DNA of 64,000 bases from an uncultured Acidobacteriota bacterium. Its GTDB lineage: Bacteria; Acidobacteriota; UBA6911. Location: positions 64,001-128,000 of the forward strand of contig CAWEJX010000021.1 of assembly GCA_963809485.1 (NCBI GenBank), in the 5' to 3' direction. The position numbers and the translations under genes are program-made. Below the pieces are notes generated by a model. It searched no databases and was not told where the DNA came from. It saw only the letters and a program-made list of their open reading frames with translations. This document shows positions 50,667 to 61,272 of this stretch, in pieces; within the stretch, counting starts at the first letter, position 1, and the number at the start of each line of letters is the position of its first letter.

Positions 50667-51406
50667 GGCGCCTCCCGGGCTCTGGCCGCGCGCACGGTCT
50701 CGACGAATACGGCCTCCAGGCTGAGACCGCCCAAGTCGCGTTTCAGCGCTTCCGGGGCATCGCAACGGATCAGTTGGCCCCGGTACATCAGTCCCACGCG
50801 ATTGCAGCGTTCGGCTTCGTCGAGATAAGCCGTGGTCATCAGGATTGTGATTCCTTCCTTCAGCAACTGGTAAAGGATGGTCCAGAAATCGCGGCGGGAA
50901 ACGGGATCCACTCCGTTGGTGGGCTCGTCCAGAAACAGGATCTCGGGGCGGTGGAGCAAAGTGCACATAAGGGCCAGTTTCTGTTTCATGCCCCCGGAAA
51001 GCCGTCCCGCCAGACGGTCGCGAAACGGCTCCATTCGGGTCATGCGCAAAAGCTGCGAGGTAAGCGCCGCGCGTTCGGATCCGGTGATGCCGAACAGGTC
51101 GGCGTAGAAATTCATATTTTCCTGAACGGAGAGGTCCTGGTACAGGCCGAAGCGCTGGGCCATATACCCGATACGGTCCTTGACTTCCTGCGACTCACGC
51201 ACGACATCGTGGCCGGCCACCTGTGCGCTCCCTTCGCTGGGTTCGACCAGACCGCAAAGCATGCGCAGGGTGGTGGTTTTGCCGGCGCCGTCGGGCCCCA
51301 CCAGGCCGAAGATTTCCCCGCGCGCGACGGAGAGGTTCAGATGATCGACAGCCGTAAGCTCCCCAAAACGGCGGGTCAGATCATGGGCCTCGATGATAGG
51401 TTCCAT
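50663..51406 (-). CDS. ABC transporter ATP-binding protein (YbhF-like)
   Basis: GPDGAGKT, LSGGMKQKL, FLDEPT, TTAYLDEAE. Confidence 0.92.
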   Translation of the reverse strand: MEPIIEAHDLTRRFGELTAVDHLNLSVARGEIFGLVGPDGAGKTTTLRMLCGLVEPSEGSAQVAGHDVVRESQEVKDRIGYMAQRFGLYQDLSVQENMNFYADLFGITGSERAALTSQLLRMTRMEPFRDRLAGRLSGGMKQKLALMCTLLHRPEILFLDEPTNGVDPVSRRDFWTILYQLLKEGITILMTTAYLDEAERCNRVGLMYRGQLIRCDAPEALKRDLGGLSLEAVFVETVRAARAREAP

Positions 51407-51410
51407 TCCC

Positions 51411-52586
51411 TTACTCCAGGCGGATTTCGGCGTCCGCAGGCATGTTGGACTTCAGTTCATGCCGGGGATTTTCCAGATCGATCTTGATCCGGTAGACCAG
51501 TTTCACGCGTTCTTCCTGCGTCTGAATCTGCTTGGGCGTGAATTCGGCCTCCGAGGCGATAAAGCTGACGCGCCCGTCGTAGACCTTGCCGGGATACGAA
51601 TCGGTGGTGACCTTTGCCCTCATTCCCGGCTTCACGCGGCCCAGGTCGGTTTCGTTGATATAGGCCCGCAGCCACGGGTGGTCGATATCGCCCACCGTCA
51701 CCACCGTGGTGCCGGCTGCCAGCACCTCGCCTACATCGGCCGATTTCACCAGAACCACCCCGTCCACCGGAGACACCGCTACCGTGTCGGCAATCTGTGT
51801 CTCGATGAGTGCCCGATTGGCCCTGGCGCGCTCGATCTCCGCCCGCCGCACCGGCAGCTCCTGCTCCCGCCGCTTTATTTCCAGCGCATTCGCCTCGGCC
51901 ATCCTGAGCGCGGCGCGAGCCCGCTCCACCTGAGCGGCGGCTGCGTCGATCTGCTCCTGGCGCGGGCCGGCGAGGACCAGGTCCCGGCGCTCTTTGGCCT
52001 GCTTAAGCACCGCATCCGCGTTCTCCCAGCGGTTGCGGTAGGCGTCATATTGGGCTGTGGAGATATCGTCATTTTTATACAGGGTCTGGGCTCGTTCCCA
52101 ATCCCTCTTCGCTCGATCGTGCTCGGATTGGGCAGACTCCACGGCAGCTTTTGCTTCCTGGATTTCCTGGGGCCGGGAGCCGTTTTTCAGCTCCTGCAGC
52201 CGGGCCTGATACGCGTCAAGGTCCGCCTTGCGCTGTTCCCGATCCGCGGCCTGGTTCTCCTTCTGCCAGGCCAGAGCTGTTTCGGCTTGCGCCAGCTGGG
52301 ATATGGCCGATTGAAGCCCGGCCGATTCGCGGTCCCGCTGGGCCATGAGCTGGTCGCGGTCCAGGCGGGCAACCACCTGTCCCTTATTCACCCTATCTCC
52401 TTCATCCACATTGCGCTCGATCAGGCGCCCGGACGTTTTAAAGGCGATATTGACCTCGGTCAGCTCGATATTACCCGACACCACAATCGCGGTGCCGGCT
52501 TTTTGATTGGATCGCCGGAAATGATAGACAGAGGCTGCTGCGGCAGCCAGCACCAGGACACCCAACACCAGGATTCGTTTTCTCAT
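51411..52586 (-). CDS. HlyD/YbhG family membrane fusion protein
   Basis: N-terminal TM, SGNIE, coiled hairpin, AEFTPKQIQT...VYRIKI. Confidence 0.92.
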   Translation of the reverse strand: MRKRILVLGVLVLAAAAASVYHFRRSNQKAGTAIVVSGNIELTEVNIAFKTSGRLIERNVDEGDRVNKGQVVARLDRDQLMAQRDRESAGLQSAISQLAQAETALAWQKENQAADREQRKADLDAYQARLQELKNGSRPQEIQEAKAAVESAQSEHDRAKRDWERAQTLYKNDDISTAQYDAYRNRWENADAVLKQAKERRDLVLAGPRQEQIDAAAAQVERARAALRMAEANALEIKRREQELPVRRAEIERARANRALIETQIADTVAVSPVDGVVLVKSADVGEVLAAGTTVVTVGDIDHPWLRAYINETDLGRVKPGMRAKVTTDSYPGKVYDGRVSFIASEAEFTPKQIQTQEERVKLVYRIKIDLENPRHELKSNMPADAEIRLE

Positions 52587-52677
52587 CCGATTTGCTCTCC
52601 ACTCGAGTGGTGAGTATAAAATATAGGATCTTTTCGGGCACGCCTTCAAACAAATCCCCGCAGGCGCCTCGGGGATA

Positions 52678-54027
52678 TCAGCGGCTGCTCACCGCGCGCC
52701 TCACACGGCCCATGGCCTGCTCCAGGTCAATGTGCGCCACATTGTAATTGTATAGCGCTGCAATCCGGTTGTCCCGGGCCCGCTCCAGGCGTGTTTGCGC
52801 ATCGGTTACCTCCAGGCCGAAAGCGACGCCCGACTGGTAGCGCCGCTGGGCCTGCGCAAGTTCATTTTCGGACAACTGCAACCCGTTCTGCGCCACTTTA
52901 ACCTGCTGCTCCGCAGAGCGCAAAGCATCCAGGGCAAGACGCACATCGAGCTCGATCTGTTCTTTAAGGTCGTGGGTACGCACCATCTCCGCGCGGTACT
53001 GGGAGGCGGATTCGGCACGCCGGGCGTCCCGGCGCCCGCCATCGAAGATGGGGAGCTTTAATAGGATTCCATAGGTTCGGGTAGGCAGAGAACTGTCGAA
53101 GCCGTTGCCGATAGTTCCATAATCCCCAAAAGCGGACAAGGATGGCAACCTCTCCATTTTGGTGGCGCTGGCTGACAGCCGCGCGCTGATCTCACGCTCC
53201 TTTTGAGCTTTGAAGTCGGGCCTTTGATCAAACGCCTGGGCCTTGGCCTCTTCAAGCGTCACAGGATCCACGGGCTTATAGCCGAGCTTGTCGGTGAGAT
53301 CGAGCTCCACGCCCAGCTGCAGATTCATCACGCGCAACAACTGCAGGTTCGCACTGTGGCGCGTGTTCTCCGCCACCAGCAGGCGCTGCTCGTCATTGGC
53401 GAGTTGCACGCGGGCGCGCGTGATTTCGATTCCCGTTCCTGTGCCCGCGCTCTTCTGGTTCTCTGCCTGGGAGAGAAGCGCTCGGGACAGTGTAACGTTG
53501 GCCCGCGCGGTTTCGACATCCGCATCCGCGCGAATGGCCGCAAGGTAGGCCCGGGCCACCGCGGCCGCCACCTGCTCTTCCGCGCTGGCCAGTTCCGATT
53601 CGGCAGCGGACACGCCTGCCCGTGAGGCCTGAAGCCTGCGTATTGAGCTGAAATCAAAAATGCTTTGCGTCGCGGAGAGACGCGCATCCATGACATTGTA
53701 GGGACCCACCAGTGTCGGGAAGGAAAAGGCGAATCCCGGCAAGGTAGGTATCTGGAACTGCAATCCATAGGCCTTCAGATTCACAGTCTGATCGCGGTAG
53801 TTGAGGTAGGAAGAGATGTCCGGGAGCAAGGCGGCCCGCGCCTGCGCGGACTGTGACTTAGACTGCTTCAATGCTTCGCCCGACAACTGAATCCTGGCGT
53901 TCCCTTCGGGTGAGAGAGCGATTTCCACGGCACGCTTGAGGCTCAGGGTGAGTGTGCTGTTTTCCGGCGCCGGTTCGGCAGCCGGTCCCAGGGACGACAG
54001 GAGCAAAATAATCCACAGATGCTTCAT
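52678..54027 (-). CDS. TolC family outer membrane efflux protein
   Basis: Signal peptide, LSLKRAV, ARAALLP, LPIFDGG, two OEP repeats. Confidence 0.92.
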   Translation of the reverse strand: MKHLWIILLLSSLGPAAEPAPENSTLTLSLKRAVEIALSPEGNARIQLSGEALKQSKSQSAQARAALLPDISSYLNYRDQTVNLKAYGLQFQIPTLPGFAFSFPTLVGPYNVMDARLSATQSIFDFSSIRRLQASRAGVSAAESELASAEEQVAAAVARAYLAAIRADADVETARANVTLSRALLSQAENQKSAGTGTGIEITRARVQLANDEQRLLVAENTRHSANLQLLRVMNLQLGVELDLTDKLGYKPVDPVTLEEAKAQAFDQRPDFKAQKEREISARLSASATKMERLPSLSAFGDYGTIGNGFDSSLPTRTYGILLKLPIFDGGRRDARRAESASQYRAEMVRTHDLKEQIELDVRLALDALRSAEQQVKVAQNGLQLSENELAQAQRRYQSGVAFGLEVTDAQTRLERARDNRIAALYNYNVAHIDLEQAMGRVRRAVSSR

Positions 54028-54647
54028 GGGTTCACCTCGATCTCTTTCTCCGGCCCGGCAACGGCGCGGAATCCATTTCCGGCGAATGCCACAAGGTGTC
54101 TGGCGACATCTATTGAAAGCTTGGGAGGAGCCTCCGCAAGGATTTCAGACCGCACGGATAGCATATGCGCCATGGCGCCAAGGGTAAAATGGACTTTCCA
54201 GGCCAACTCCTCCCTGGACATCTCCGGCAGCGCCCGGCTCATGGCGGACAGGAACCGGTCCAGCATCGGCTGGAACTGCCGCCGCGCGATTTCGGGCATC
54301 AGTCCCTCCGCATGCACTCTTCCCAACAGTCTGATAAAGTCCGGGCTCTTTCCGGCCAGCATTATGGGCAGAATAAAAGCCTCGAGGATTTTTTCAATGC
54401 AGGCCGGCTGGGGAACTGCTTCCACTTCAAACTGTTCCAGCATCTCCAGACGGCGCTGGTTTATTGGTTCCGCCTTCCTCGAGACCACCTGATCCAGCAG
54501 GTTTTGTTTGGATCCAAAGTGATAGTGGATGGCTGCCAGATTGACGCCCGCCTTGGAAATGATGTGCCTTAGGGAGGTGGCGGAGTAGCCGTATTCTCCA
54601 AAAAGAAATTCCGCCGCATCCAAAATCCTCTCTCTTGTATTACTCAT
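54024..54647 (-). CDS. TetR/PsrA-like transcriptional regulator
   Basis: TRERILDAAE...GVNLAAIHYHFGSK. Confidence 0.92.
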   Translation of the reverse strand: MSNTRERILDAAEFLFGEYGYSATSLRHIISKAGVNLAAIHYHFGSKQNLLDQVVSRKAEPINQRRLEMLEQFEVEAVPQPACIEKILEAFILPIMLAGKSPDFIRLLGRVHAEGLMPEIARRQFQPMLDRFLSAMSRALPEMSREELAWKVHFTLGAMAHMLSVRSEILAEAPPKLSIDVARHLVAFAGNGFRAVAGPEKEIEVNP

Positions 54648-54675
54648 ACGAATGACTTAATCATACGTTTGATTT
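54644..54675. promoter_or_regulatory. Tandem TetR operator palindromes over the start codon
   Basis: TCATACGAATGA and AATCATACGTTTGATT. Confidence 0.55.
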
Positions 54676-54697
54676 AAAATCAACGGCTTTTTCAAGA

Positions 54698-54761
54698 GGG
54701 ACAGCCACCAGTGTCCGCGCATTTATAACTAATGGGAGCGGGGACAGTGGTGGCTGTCCCC
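54698..54761. repeat. REP-like inverted repeat
   Basis: GGGACAGCCACCAGTGTCC ... GGACAGTGGTGGCTGTCCC. Confidence 0.6.
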
Positions 54762-54765
54762 CTTT

Positions 54766-55230
54766 GTGTGTCGCTATGAATTTGTGATGCGATACTCCAG
54801 AGAGAACAACCTTCCGAAGGCAGCCGAATATGCACAACTCACGCGGCGGTCTGCCGGATTGGCGCAGAAACAGGACGAAAAGTCAGAGGAGCAGATTCGA
54901 AAAGTGCGCCGGGCCTGTCAGCACGTGATCGGCAGCAATCTGATGGAAAAGGGGAATTATGCCGAGGCGATTGCGGCCTTCAAAGAGGCTATCAAGGCCG
55001 AGAGGTATGCGGAAGGCTATTACAGAATCGGCGCATGCCTGGATCAACAGAAGCAGGTCGAGGATGCAATGCTTTACTACGCCATGGCCGAGCTGGTTGA
55101 CGGAGAGTCGGGATCCAAGGCAAAAGCCAGACTTGAAACTCTCTATAAGGTTCTCCACAACAACACACTGATCGGGATCGACAAGGTCTACCAAAAGGCA
55201 AAAGACGCTTTGGCCCAACCTTCCCTGTAG
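54766..55230 (+). pseudogene. TPR protein C-terminal fragment
   Basis: GNYAEAIAAFKEAI, AEGYYRIG. Begins directly after the inverted repeat with no RBS. Confidence 0.55.
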
Positions 55231-55281
55231 CGTCGCATTCCAGGGGCGCAGCCTCAAACGGATCTGCCGTCAGCCTCCGGT

Positions 55282-55845
55282 TTATGTCTGTTTATCCAGA
55301 AGCACGGACACCGGGGCCGATTTTGCAATCGTGTTGAACACCGGCGAATATTTTATCCCGGTCCGGATCATCTCCTCTTTTTGCTCGTCGGAAACATCGG
55401 CGTCAATTTTGAAATAAACCCGGATGTCCTTGTACCCTTTTGGGACCTCTTCCGATATTCCAAGAAAGCCGCGGAGGTCTATATCTCCTTCATATCTGGA
55501 TTGTATTCCCCGGATTTTGATTCCTTTTGCAGAGGCGTGTGCGACCAGGCTTGTGGTAATGCATCCGGACAAGGCGACGAGAAGATACTCGACAGGATTG
55601 CTTCCCGCATTATTTCCCAGGAGTACCGGGGGTTCATCCATGTCGTAATCCACAGGCGCCCGGGAGTCGTCTTCCTTCAAGGCTCCGGAAAAATCCCTAA
55701 CCGTCGCCCGGCAATGTGTTCCGCCGATCCATCGGTTGGCCGCCCGGAACTGGAATTTGGCGACTTCGGGATTGAGTTTCACAGCTTCGATCACGCTGAA
55801 TAATTCGGTCACGTTCACCCCGTTGACAATTTTGCTTTCTGCCAT
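55282..55845 (-). CDS. OsmC family protein
   Basis: DEPPVLLG, NPVEYLLVALSGC, EGDIDLRGFLG, SPV. AAGGAG RBS. Confidence 0.92.
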   Translation of the reverse strand: MAESKIVNGVNVTELFSVIEAVKLNPEVAKFQFRAANRWIGGTHCRATVRDFSGALKEDDSRAPVDYDMDEPPVLLGNNAGSNPVEYLLVALSGCITTSLVAHASAKGIKIRGIQSRYEGDIDLRGFLGISEEVPKGYKDIRVYFKIDADVSDEQKEEMIRTGIKYSPVFNTIAKSAPVSVLLDKQT

Positions 55846-56009
55846 GTCGATCCTCTCCTTCCCAGGATAATTTCCTACAGGAAGTTAATCTCAAGGCTGT
55901 CCGAGGCGCAAATCGGCAGAAACACGCAATTCAAAGTAGGTAGTTATACGTACTATGATCACTGCCGGTCGCCGGCATTGAATCCTCTTACAAAACTCCG
56001 CATTTCCCC

Positions 56010-56319
56010 TAATTAGTTTCTGTCGCGAAACTCGGGTTTTGTGAAAAAGCCAAATTTTTCAACCGTCAATAGGATATTTGATATTACATAGAAGCCGATA
56101 ATTGGAGTCAGGCCGCGTAGCGGCCAGCTGAATTTAGCCAGGCCTTTTAAGGCCTGGAGCGAAAGGAGTTAAGTTTTCCGTCGCGTAGCGACGGCTGAAT
56201 CTCAGGCGTCGCTACGCGACGCGCTGCTCGCTGTACCATGGTTCCCGGCCTTGAAAGGCCGGGCTAAAATCATAGTGCCGCTACGCGGCACAAACCAGTT
56301 TCGCGACAGAAACTAATTA
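56010..56319. mobile_element. MITE-like element with perfect 23-bp terminal inverted repeats enclosing REP-like palindromes
   Basis: TAATTAGTTTCTGTCGCGAAACT (56010-56032) and its exact reverse complement (56297-56319). Confidence 0.7.
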
Positions 56320-56862
56320 CATTTTGACCCGGCCCACAACGCTATTTTGATTTCATCGTTGCACGGATATTCCCTTACTGGTCGTCGTTCTTATGCTTCG
56401 GGTTGGTTGGATAGCAGCCTTTAGAGCTCAATACCGCTCGACATTGTCTGGCGGTTTATTCCATTACTGCAATTTATACAGTTCCCATGGAGATTTTCCG
56501 CTGTAACCGCTTTTGCCTTTTCTTTACTGGCTGGGACCAATTGCGTTTTGGATATCACGGCGCTTGTGTCGCGTGCCTGTAATTCCCGGCAGAGCCTTAT
56601 TCTCCTGGCTTATTGCAGAATACCTAGCGGCGCAGCTTTTTATCTTGCGAAAAGACGGAACGATAAAAAGTATTTGCTTTTTCCTCGTCCTTATTTATAT
56701 ATAGACATTCTAGGCATTCCCCCGGATTATCCAACATGTGGATTTAAGGGCAAGCAATTTTGAAGGTTGAATTCATCTTCGATTGAGCGCCATTTTAAGT
56801 TATCATTAAAGCTGTTTTTTGCGACCAGCGGAAGCGCTGAGAAAAATGACGAGGGTAGGCAA

Positions 56863-58311
56863 ATGAACTCTTTAAATATTGACAAATTAAGAGAAATTGT
56901 CGGCGATGAAAATATTCGGGACAACAAAGCCGACCTCTACGTTTATGGCTCCGATGCGTCCGTTCACGAAGCCATGCCGCAGCTAATCGTCCGTCCGCAA
57001 AACATCGAGCATGTCCAGGCGGTCATGCGCTACGCCAACAGTGAAAAGATCCCTGTGATCCCCCGCGGCTCCGGATCCGGCATGTGCGGGCAGGTTGTCC
57101 CCATTATGGGCGGCATCATCCTGGACATGAGGGCCATGAACCGCATCCTCGAAATCAATCCCCAGGATGGCTATTGCCGGGTGGAGCCGGGGGTGGTCGA
57201 TGACGACCTCAACCGAGCCCTCAAACCCTACGGTGTCTTTTATCCGCCGACACCCGCCTCCAGCGTAATTGCCACCATCGGCGGCGAGATCGCCAACAAT
57301 GCTTCCGGCGGACGCTCGGTCAAATACGGCGCCGCTCGCGACGCCATCCTCGCCGTAAAAGTAGTGATGGCCAATGGAGAATGCCTCTCCTTCGGATCCA
57401 CCACCCGCGTCTCCGCTTCCGGCTACCCTATTGAGCGCCTGATGGTCGGATCCGAAGGGACCCTTGCAGTGATCGTCGAGGCGACCATGCGTTTTGTGCC
57501 CATCCCCAAAATGCGCTGCCTGGGCATCGCCAAGTTCAATGTGTTGTCCGAGGCCGGCGATGCTATCGCGGACGTCATGGGCGGCGGCTGCCAGCCCTCG
57601 ATGCTCGAGCTCATCGACAAGATCGCCATCATCGCTGCCAATAAGGCCGCAAAACTCGGTCTGCCCGAGGTCGACGCGATCCTGCTTTTTGAAGCCGACG
57701 GCATGACTAAAGATGTTATTGATGTGGAAATGGCAAAGATTCTGGCCATCTGCGAGAAACACAACGGCTTTGGAATGGAAAGCAGCTACGACGAAAAGGA
57801 AAGAACACGGATCTGGGCAGCACGCGCCAAGCTCTTCCCCTCTCTCTCCAAGTATGATGAACGTCTTGCCTCCACCTCTCTGGCCGACGATATGGCCGTC
57901 CCGTTCTCCAAGATGGCGGCGACCGCCGACAAGATTCACGAAGTGGCCGATAAGCATGGCCTCGTCATGACAGCTTACGGCCATTGCGGCGCGGGCTGCA
58001 TGCACACCAAGATTTTGATGGACACCGACAAGGAATTCCAATGGGAAGCGGCGCGCAAGGCGGTGGCCGAAATCTACGATTTTGTCCGTTCGGTCGGCGG
58101 CACGACTTCCGCCGAACACGGCATCGGGTTGTCAAAAGCCGCGGCTTTCAAAAAGGAAAAAGCAGCCACCCTGGATCTGATGCGCGCGATCAAGAAAGTC
58201 TTTGACCCGAACAATATTCTGAATCCGGGCAAACTGATGGACGGCCCCGACGACTGGGTCGAAGCCACCAATCTACGATACCAATTACCAAAGCGGGAAT
58301 ACAATGACTGA
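56863..58311 (+). CDS. FAD-linked oxidoreductase, GlcD/LctD (D-lactate or glycolate dehydrogenase) type
   Basis: PRGSGSG, VEPGV, TIGG, VKYG, GSEGTL, GHCGAGCMH, AEHGIG, DPNNILNPGK. Confidence 0.92.
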   Translation: MNSLNIDKLREIVGDENIRDNKADLYVYGSDASVHEAMPQLIVRPQNIEHVQAVMRYANSEKIPVIPRGSGSGMCGQVVPIMGGIILDMRAMNRILEINPQDGYCRVEPGVVDDDLNRALKPYGVFYPPTPASSVIATIGGEIANNASGGRSVKYGAARDAILAVKVVMANGECLSFGSTTRVSASGYPIERLMVGSEGTLAVIVEATMRFVPIPKMRCLGIAKFNVLSEAGDAIADVMGGGCQPSMLELIDKIAIIAANKAAKLGLPEVDAILLFEADGMTKDVIDVEMAKILAICEKHNGFGMESSYDEKERTRIWAARAKLFPSLSKYDERLASTSLADDMAVPFSKMAATADKIHEVADKHGLVMTAYGHCGAGCMHTKILMDTDKEFQWEAARKAVAEIYDFVRSVGGTTSAEHGIGLSKAAAFKKEKAATLDLMRAIKKVFDPNNILNPGKLMDGPDDWVEATNLRYQLPKREYND

Positions 58312-59247
58312 ACTTAACCAGATTAGAAAAATGGAAAGGCGCCCTCAACAAGTGCATCCGGTGCGGCTACTGTTACGAACACTGCCCGATCTACAAGTCC
58401 ACCGGTGGGAAATCGACAGCCCTCGGGGCAAGCTGGTATTGCTGTATGGAATGCTCAGCGGAGAACTCGAGCCTTCCGATTATATCGCCAACAAGATTTT
58501 CGAATGTTTCCACTGCAACCGCTGCCAGAAGGCCTGCTCTTCGGGAGTGCCCATCCAGGACGTCTACAACGATGCCCGCGCTTTCTTCCTGGAATCCGGC
58601 TTCGACGTCGTCGGGACCACCTCGCAGACCGACCATGATGTCTGCGCCCGCTGCCTGAATTGCGTGCGCATGTGCAAACACGAAGCCCGGAGTTTTGTCG
58701 ACGGAAAAATCGTGACTGACCGGCTCAAGTGCCAGAGCTGCGGCAGTTGCCTGGATATCTGTCCGGAAAAGGGCGTCTACCATCCGCACCGGCTACGGCA
58801 CCAATCCAAACGAGCTCATCGATCAGGTCCAGTCCTATTTCACCGATCCGGACAATCCCGATGCCAAAGCGGTCGTGTTCACCTGCGGCTATTCGAGCTA
58901 TCCCGGTCTTCAGTCCTCCCGCTATGACAAATTCGAGATCAGCAAGGAATACAAGATACTGGTCACCGCCTGCAGCGGACGCCTGAAATCGACCACCGTG
59001 CTGGAATCCCTCGAACGCGGCGCCTGGGGCGTGCTGATCTGCTGCTGTCCCGAGGATGATTGCGAACACGGCGGAACCCCGAGGGTCAAGGCGCGCATGA
59101 AATCTCTGACCAGCACCCTGGAAGGATAGACATCAGACCCGAAACGCCTTCAGGTTGTCGAAGTCCCTCAGGGGAATCCCAAAAAGTTCACCGATTCCGC
59201 ACAAAGTCTTTATGGATGAAATCCGGGGCCTCGGTCCTATCGTGTAA
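58304..59247 (+). CDS. Fusion of GlcF/HdrC-like 2[4Fe-4S], ferredoxin and MvhD-like domains (frameshifted)
   Basis: Across frames: CIRCGYCYEHCP, SPRGK, CFHCNRCQKAC, CARCLNCVRMC, CQSCGSCLDICP, then FTCGYSSY, ACSGR, GAWGVLICCCPEDDC. Confidence 0.8.
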
Positions 59248-59259
59248 GGGAGAGTAGCC

Positions 59260-60524
59260 ATGATCTTGCGTGTTCCGTACGGAAAAGACGGCAAGCTTGA
59301 GGCCGAAATTGACGAACAACGACTCGCCGGCATCATCGAGCCGAATGAGGTCAAGATCGGAGACGAAACCGAAGTGATTCGCCAGGCACTGGCCAATCCG
59401 ATCGGCTCCAAAAGCCTGAGCGATTTTTTGAAGGGTGCGCGGGATGTCCTGTTCATTGTCAACGACCCGACCCGGCCTACTCCGACCGCCCGCGTGCTGG
59501 ATATCATCGAAAAAGACATTTCCGGATATCCGATCAGTTTCATAATCGCCACGCGGAGTTCATCGGGCTCCGACTCCGGAAGAATACCTGCAGATCTTTT
59601 CCGAAAGATATTACGGCAAATATAAAGACCGCATCTTCGTCCACGACGGCCGGAAAGAGCGAAGTGGTGTACCTGGGCACTTCGAAAAACGGCACAGAGA
59701 TGGGATCAACGAGCGGGGCGTCGATGCGCACAAAATAGTGATCATCAGCTCCGTCGAGCCGCACTATTTTGCCGGCTACACCGGCGGACGTAAGTCTTTC
59801 CTGCCCGGGATCGCCTCCTATAAGACCATCGAGCAGAACCACAAGCTGGCGCTAAAACGTGAAGCGTGCGCGCTCAAGCTCGAGGGCAATCCGGTTCACG
59901 AGGACATGATCGACGCGCTCGGGACGGTCAAAAAGGAAATCTTTACCATCAACACCGTTCTCGACAAAAACCACCGCATCTATGCGGCGGTCGCCGGCGA
60001 CATCTACGAATCCGATGGATGAGGCGGTTGCCAAGGCCGACGAGGTGTTTGCGGCAAAGATCCCGCAGAAGGCGGATATTGTGGTTTCGGTCGTCAAATT
60101 TCCCTCGGATATCGATCTTTACCAGGCTCAGAAGGCAATCGACAACGCGAAGTATGCTCTCGAGACGGCGGCATCCTCATCCTGGTCGCCAAATGCCGGA
60201 GCGGCATCGGCGATGAGTCCTTCGTGAACCTGCTGAGTTCGGCGAGCTCGCCCAGGGATGCGCTGGACTCGCATCGAGCAGAAATTTGTGCTGGGATACC
60301 ACAAGGCAGCCAAAATGGCTGAAGTCGGCCTGTGGGCTCAGACCTGGGCCGTAACCGATCTCGATCCTCAATTGCTGAAAAAGATTTTTATCCGTCCCTT
60401 TTCATCTTTGCAGGCTGCCGTGGATGCTGCCCGGAAGGAAAAAGGCAAAGATGCAAAAGTACTGGTACTGCTGGACGGCAGTCTGACCATCCGCATGTTG
60501 CAGATTGAGCATTGGCACGTTTGA
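59260..60524 (+). CDS. larA: Nickel-pincer lactate racemase LarA family (frameshifted)
   Basis: ALANPIGS, IVNDPTRPTPT, VEPHYFAGYTGGRKSFLPG, GNPVHEDM, DIDLYQAQKA. Confidence 0.88.
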
Positions 60525-60590
60525 ACCTTGCACGCCCAAAAATCCGACGCGCGTTGCCTGGAAATGTGCAAAAAAGGTGGAGGAAATGAA

Positions 60591-61256
60591 ATGATTGTAG
60601 GCGATCAAAAACCGATTGAAGACATCCTCTCGTACCTCGACGACTACGAGCGTATCCTGCTGGCCGGTTGCCACGGCTGCGTGACCGTGTGCAGCGCCGG
60701 AGGCCAGAAGGAAGTGGACATACTGGCCAGCCTGATAGAAATGGCTGGAAAAAACGAGGTAAGCCATACAAGGTCACTAAGATCACCCTGGAGCGCCAGT
60801 GCGATCCGGAATTTCTGATCGAGCTGGTCGAAATGGCGAAAGAACACGATGTGATCTTATCGATGGCCTGTGGGGCCGGGGTCCAGTTGGTAGCCGAGAA
60901 GGCCGGTTCCGTGAAAGTCTTTCCGGCCTTGAATACCAACTTTATCGGTGTCATCGAGCAAAAAGGGCAGTGGGGTGAGCGCTGTCAGGCCTGCGGCGAC
61001 TGCAAACTCTACCTGACCGGCGGCATTTGCCCGGTCACCCGTTGCTCGAAGAGCTTGATGAACGGTCCCTGTGGAGGGTCTCGCAATGGTGTATGCGAAG
61101 TCAACGCCGCAGACGCCCTGCGGCTGGCAACTGATCATCGACCGGCTCGACGCGACGGGTTGTCTGGATCAGTACGAAACGATCCAGGACCCGGCGGATT
61201 GGTCGCGATCTCGCGACGGCGGTCCCCGCAAGCTGGTCCGGGAAGATCTGAAGTAG
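60591..61256 (+). CDS. metV: MetV (MTHFR C-terminal domain family Fe-S subunit; frameshifted)
   Basis: GCHGCVTVCSAGG, RQCDPEF, CGAGVQ, CQACGDC, GGICPVTRCSKSLMNGPCGG. Confidence 0.88.
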
Positions 61257-61272
61257 ACAGGGATAGCGAGGA

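Noticed and set aside
58860-59075. Selenocysteine in the MvhD-like domain
   Set aside because: No in-frame TGA at the motif positions.
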